This document shows, one piece after another, positions 60,121 through 64,000 of a stretch of DNA of 64,000 nt. The notes under the pieces are model-generated. The model did not search any database. It saw only the letters and a list, made by a program, of their open reading frames with translations, and had not been told where the DNA came from. Made by a program: the position numbers and the translations under genes. Where the stretch lies: NCBI GenBank assembly GCA_964016885.1, contig OZ024740.1, forward strand, positions 271,374,001 through 271,438,000. Reading direction: 5' to 3'. The first letter of the stretch is position 1. Each line of letters starts with the position of its first letter. The DNA comes from Eledone cirrhosa. Taxonomy: Eukaryota.

Positions 60121-63100
60121 CTGTAGTAGTAGTAGTAATAGTAGTAGTAGTAGTAGTAGTAGCAGCAGCAGCAGTAGTAGTAGTAGCAGTAGTAGTAGTA
60201 GTAGTAGTAGTAGTGAGTCGCAGAATCGATTCAACATCACATCAGCAGACAAAACGCCTTGCGATCTTTAGATAGGGTTCATTTTTGTACCCTGAATTCA
60301 AATGCTGCTGAGGTCGACTTTGCATTTCTTTCTCCGTCGATCGATTTAATTGCTGGCCTATGTCTAAATGATTATTATTATCATATCATTATTATTATCA
60401 TTATTATCATTATTATTATTATTGTTATTATTATTGTTTTTATTTATTTATTTGAACACCTTTATCTTTTTTCACTTGTGAATATGGGATCTTTATACCA
60501 ATACAAAAATATGAAAGAAACACAATTGGTGGATTATATTTTTTTTATATAACTCTAGTATATGTTCAACAGTTTTGTTATTGTTGCATAAACGCAGGCC
60601 AGGTTCTGATCTAGCTGACCTACGATCATATATATTCTGGACATGAACATAATATCTTTATTTTAGATAAGGAGTACCAATGATTACGTTATGCGTAGTA
60701 ATACAACAGAACGAATCAATGTGAGAGCTATTACGTGGTCGTCCAAACAGTTAAAAATAGCAGCCAAATCATTCTGAAATCTTGCTGTCTGAAACAAAAA
60801 GGAACAGAATAATGTGGTTTAGTGTATATTATTTTTGTTATTGTTTTGTTATTGCTTTTACTTTATCTTCTGTGTAGGAAAGAATATCGCTACGGCTATG
60901 ATTAAAGAGTCTTTGACTATAAGCCTTGCTCGATCAGGGCCATGTGGGGGTTAAAACAAACAAAAAATTACGATGTTTTTGAGAAAAAAAATCTACAGTT
61001 GAAGGAATATCTAGACCCCAAAGAAAGGAAATAATATGGCTTGTAATAGGCTGACACAAGGAAATCCAACAACCGGATATTTGGGGACACGAAAATATGG
61101 ATTGTGCTGGGTTTTGTTTTGACCTGGTACCAGACCAAATTTTGTTGAAAAAGGAAGAAATACATTTGACTGAATTGATCTGCACATTATTATTATCATT
61201 ATTGGATTAGCAGTATCGATAGAGCATCGGAGACCATGCTTTGCGGTATAGAGTTATGGCCATTTACGTTCTGAGTTCAAATCCCGAATGCACTGGGGTC
61301 AATTTAATCGACTTTCCCCCATCCCCTCAAATTACTGGCCTTGTTCCTAAAGCAGAAACAATTATTATTATCATTATTGGATTAGCAGTATCGGTAGAGC
61401 GTCGGAGACCATGCTTTGCGGCATAGAGTTATGGCCCTTTGCGTTCTGAGTTCAAATCCCGCCGAGGTTAGCTTTGTCTTTCATCCTTACGGTGGTCGAT
61501 AAAATAAAGTACCAGTAATACACTGGAAGTCAATTTAATCTATTTTCCCCTCTCCCTCCAAAATTGTTGGCCTTGTGCCTAAATCAGAATCCATTATTAT
61601 TATCCTTTATGATCTGAGTTCAAATCCCGGGGTCGATAAAATAAAGTACCAGTAATCTACTGGAATAATTGCTGCCCTTATGCCAAAAGTAGAAACAATT
61701 ATAGGGCGGTGGATTGGCAGTATCGGTAGAGGGTCGGACGCCATGCTTTGACGCATAGAGTTACGGCCCTTGCCATTCTGAGTTCAAATCCCGCCGAGGT
61801 TAACTTTGCCTTTCATCCTTACGAGGTCGATAAAATAAAGTACCAGTAATGCACTGGGTAATTGCTGGCCTTGTGCCTAAAGTAGAAACAATTATTGGTT
61901 TTTATTCGATAGACCCCCTACAGGCTGGAGAGAAGACAAAAGCCATCTTGGCGGGATTTTCAACTAAAGATATATAAAGACAAGGCTTCTATAGTGCGGC
62001 GCATTACATTGTTGTTTAAACAACAAAACAACAACAACTGACACAACCTCTAGTGATTTAATTGTTTCTACGTTAGGCACAAGGCCAGCAATTACCCAGT
62101 GCATTACTGGTACTTTATTTTATCGACCCCCGTAAGGATGAAAGGCAAAGTCAACCTCGGCGGGATTTGAACTCAGATCGTAAAGGGACGTAACTTCTAG
62201 TGATTTAATACTACATATTCAGTGACACGTGCGCTGCTGGTGGAATTTGAAAGGTGCGCGTGCCGAATTATATCATCTGGTTGGTGTTTCTTTACTCTTG
62301 AAGTTTACATGTATGTGTGTATATATGTATGTATGATTGTATGTATGTGTGTATGTATGAGTGTATGTATGTGTGTATGTATGTGCGTGAGTATGTGAGT
62401 ATGTGTGTATGTATGTATGTATGTACGTATGTATGTATGTATGATTGTAAGCATGTATGTATGTATGATTTATGTATGTGTGCATGTATGTATGTATGTA
62501 TGTATGTACGTATATATGTACGTAAGTATGTATGTATGTATGTATGATTGTATGCTTGTATGTATGTATGTACGTATGTATGTACGTATGATTGTATGCA
62601 TGTATGTATGTATGATTTATGTATGTGTGCATGTATGTATGTATGTATGATTGTATGTATGTGTGTATGTATGTACGTGTGTATGTATGTATGATTGTAT
62701 GCATGTATGTATGTATGTATGTATGTATGTATGTACGTATGTATATACGTATGTATGTATGTGCACAGTCTTTCCCCACTTTAAAAAAATTCTTCATGCA
62801 CAGGCATTGCACGATAGAATTAATTAATAATTATTAATAATGTTAAATCGTGCAATGGCCATACTCGATAACGAGGGGGGGGTGGCAGCCATCATGTATC
62901 TATATATGTATATATGTATGCATGTATGCATGTATGTATGTGTGTATGTATGCATGTATGTTTATACGTGTGTGTGCGTGTATATGTATGTATGTATGCA
63001 TGCATGTATGTGTGTATGTATGTATGTATGTATGCATATTATTGTTGTTGTCGTTATTATTATTGTTGTTATGATTATTATTATTATTATTATTGTTATT

Positions 63101-63419
63101 AATGTATGTGTGTGTGAGTGTGTGTGTATGTGTATGTATATGTATATATATATATTTCTTTTTTTTTTATTATTATTATTATTATTTTTTTTTTTTTTAT
63201 TTCTCCTCGTGCAATGGCCATACTCGATAACGAGGGGGCAGCCATCCTCATGTATGCATGTATGTATGTATGTTTATACGTGTGTATGTATGTATGTTTA
63301 TATGTGTGTTTGCGTGTGTTTTTTAATGTTTCTTGTCTCTAGCCTTACCAAAAACAACGAAACTTCATTGTCTTCGATAATTTTTTTGTTTTCCTATACT
63401 TATTTCGTAAAGAATGTTT

Positions 63420-63457
<38 letters not shown>

Positions 63458-63806
63458 TATGTACATGTGCGTGTGTGCTTTGTATCTAAGTAGATGTGTG
63501 TGCGTAGTATTTTACTGGTTTCAGTCATTCGGCTGCGGGCATGCTGGGACACGACCTTCAAGGGTGCGTTTAATGGATAATATTGATTCAGAATATTTAT
63601 TTCAATTTAGTATTTATATTATCGATCTCTGTTTGTCGAACTGCATGTTAAGGCAGATAAATAAGAACAACGGTTTTTATATGCTGCAAAACTTAAACTC
63701 AAATACACATACACAGACATAAATACATACAAATATACATATACATGCATGCACATATACATGCATGCACATATGCATGCATGCACATATGCATGCATAT
63801 TCTTAT

Positions 63807-63852
<46 letters not shown>

Positions 63853-64000
63853 ATGGACATCTACACAGTTTCCACCTCAAAATGCCATAAGGCATTGGTC
63901 AGCCTGATGCTATAATAGTAGATATTTGATCAAGATATATATATGTGTATATATGTATATATATATAATATAATGTATTATATATATATATATATATTAA

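Overview
AT-rich eukaryotic, repeat-saturated intergenic or intronic DNA. It is most consistent with a cephalopod (octopus-like) genome; that is inferred from the SINE/LINE types and microsatellite density, not proven. No host protein-coding gene could be supported, and nearly all ORFs in the track are microsatellite translations. Recognisable content: a 5'-truncated RTE-type LINE with one premature stop and a PHD-like finger (11377-13323); a second RTE-like LINE with a twin-priming-type 5' inversion (42358-45060); a Penelope-like element (PLE) GIY-YIG remnant with an inverted duplication (33980-35591); Helitron, Tc1, mariner, hAT and MITE remnants; about 25 tRNA-derived SINE copies; an (ATAC)n-associated non-coding retroposon family; and three minisatellites. 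The most striking signal is at least 8 unrelated families of short (about 100-550 bp) asymmetric fold-back elements sitting inside (TA)n tracts. More than a dozen carry type I hammerhead ribozyme motifs, most with a palindromic stem III. One family continues directly into the GIY-YIG remnant, so these appear to be PLE 3' termini inserted head-to-head into TA repeats. A paralogous empty site suggests the long TA tracts arise with or after insertion. All structures and coordinates were read by eye and need computational confirmation.
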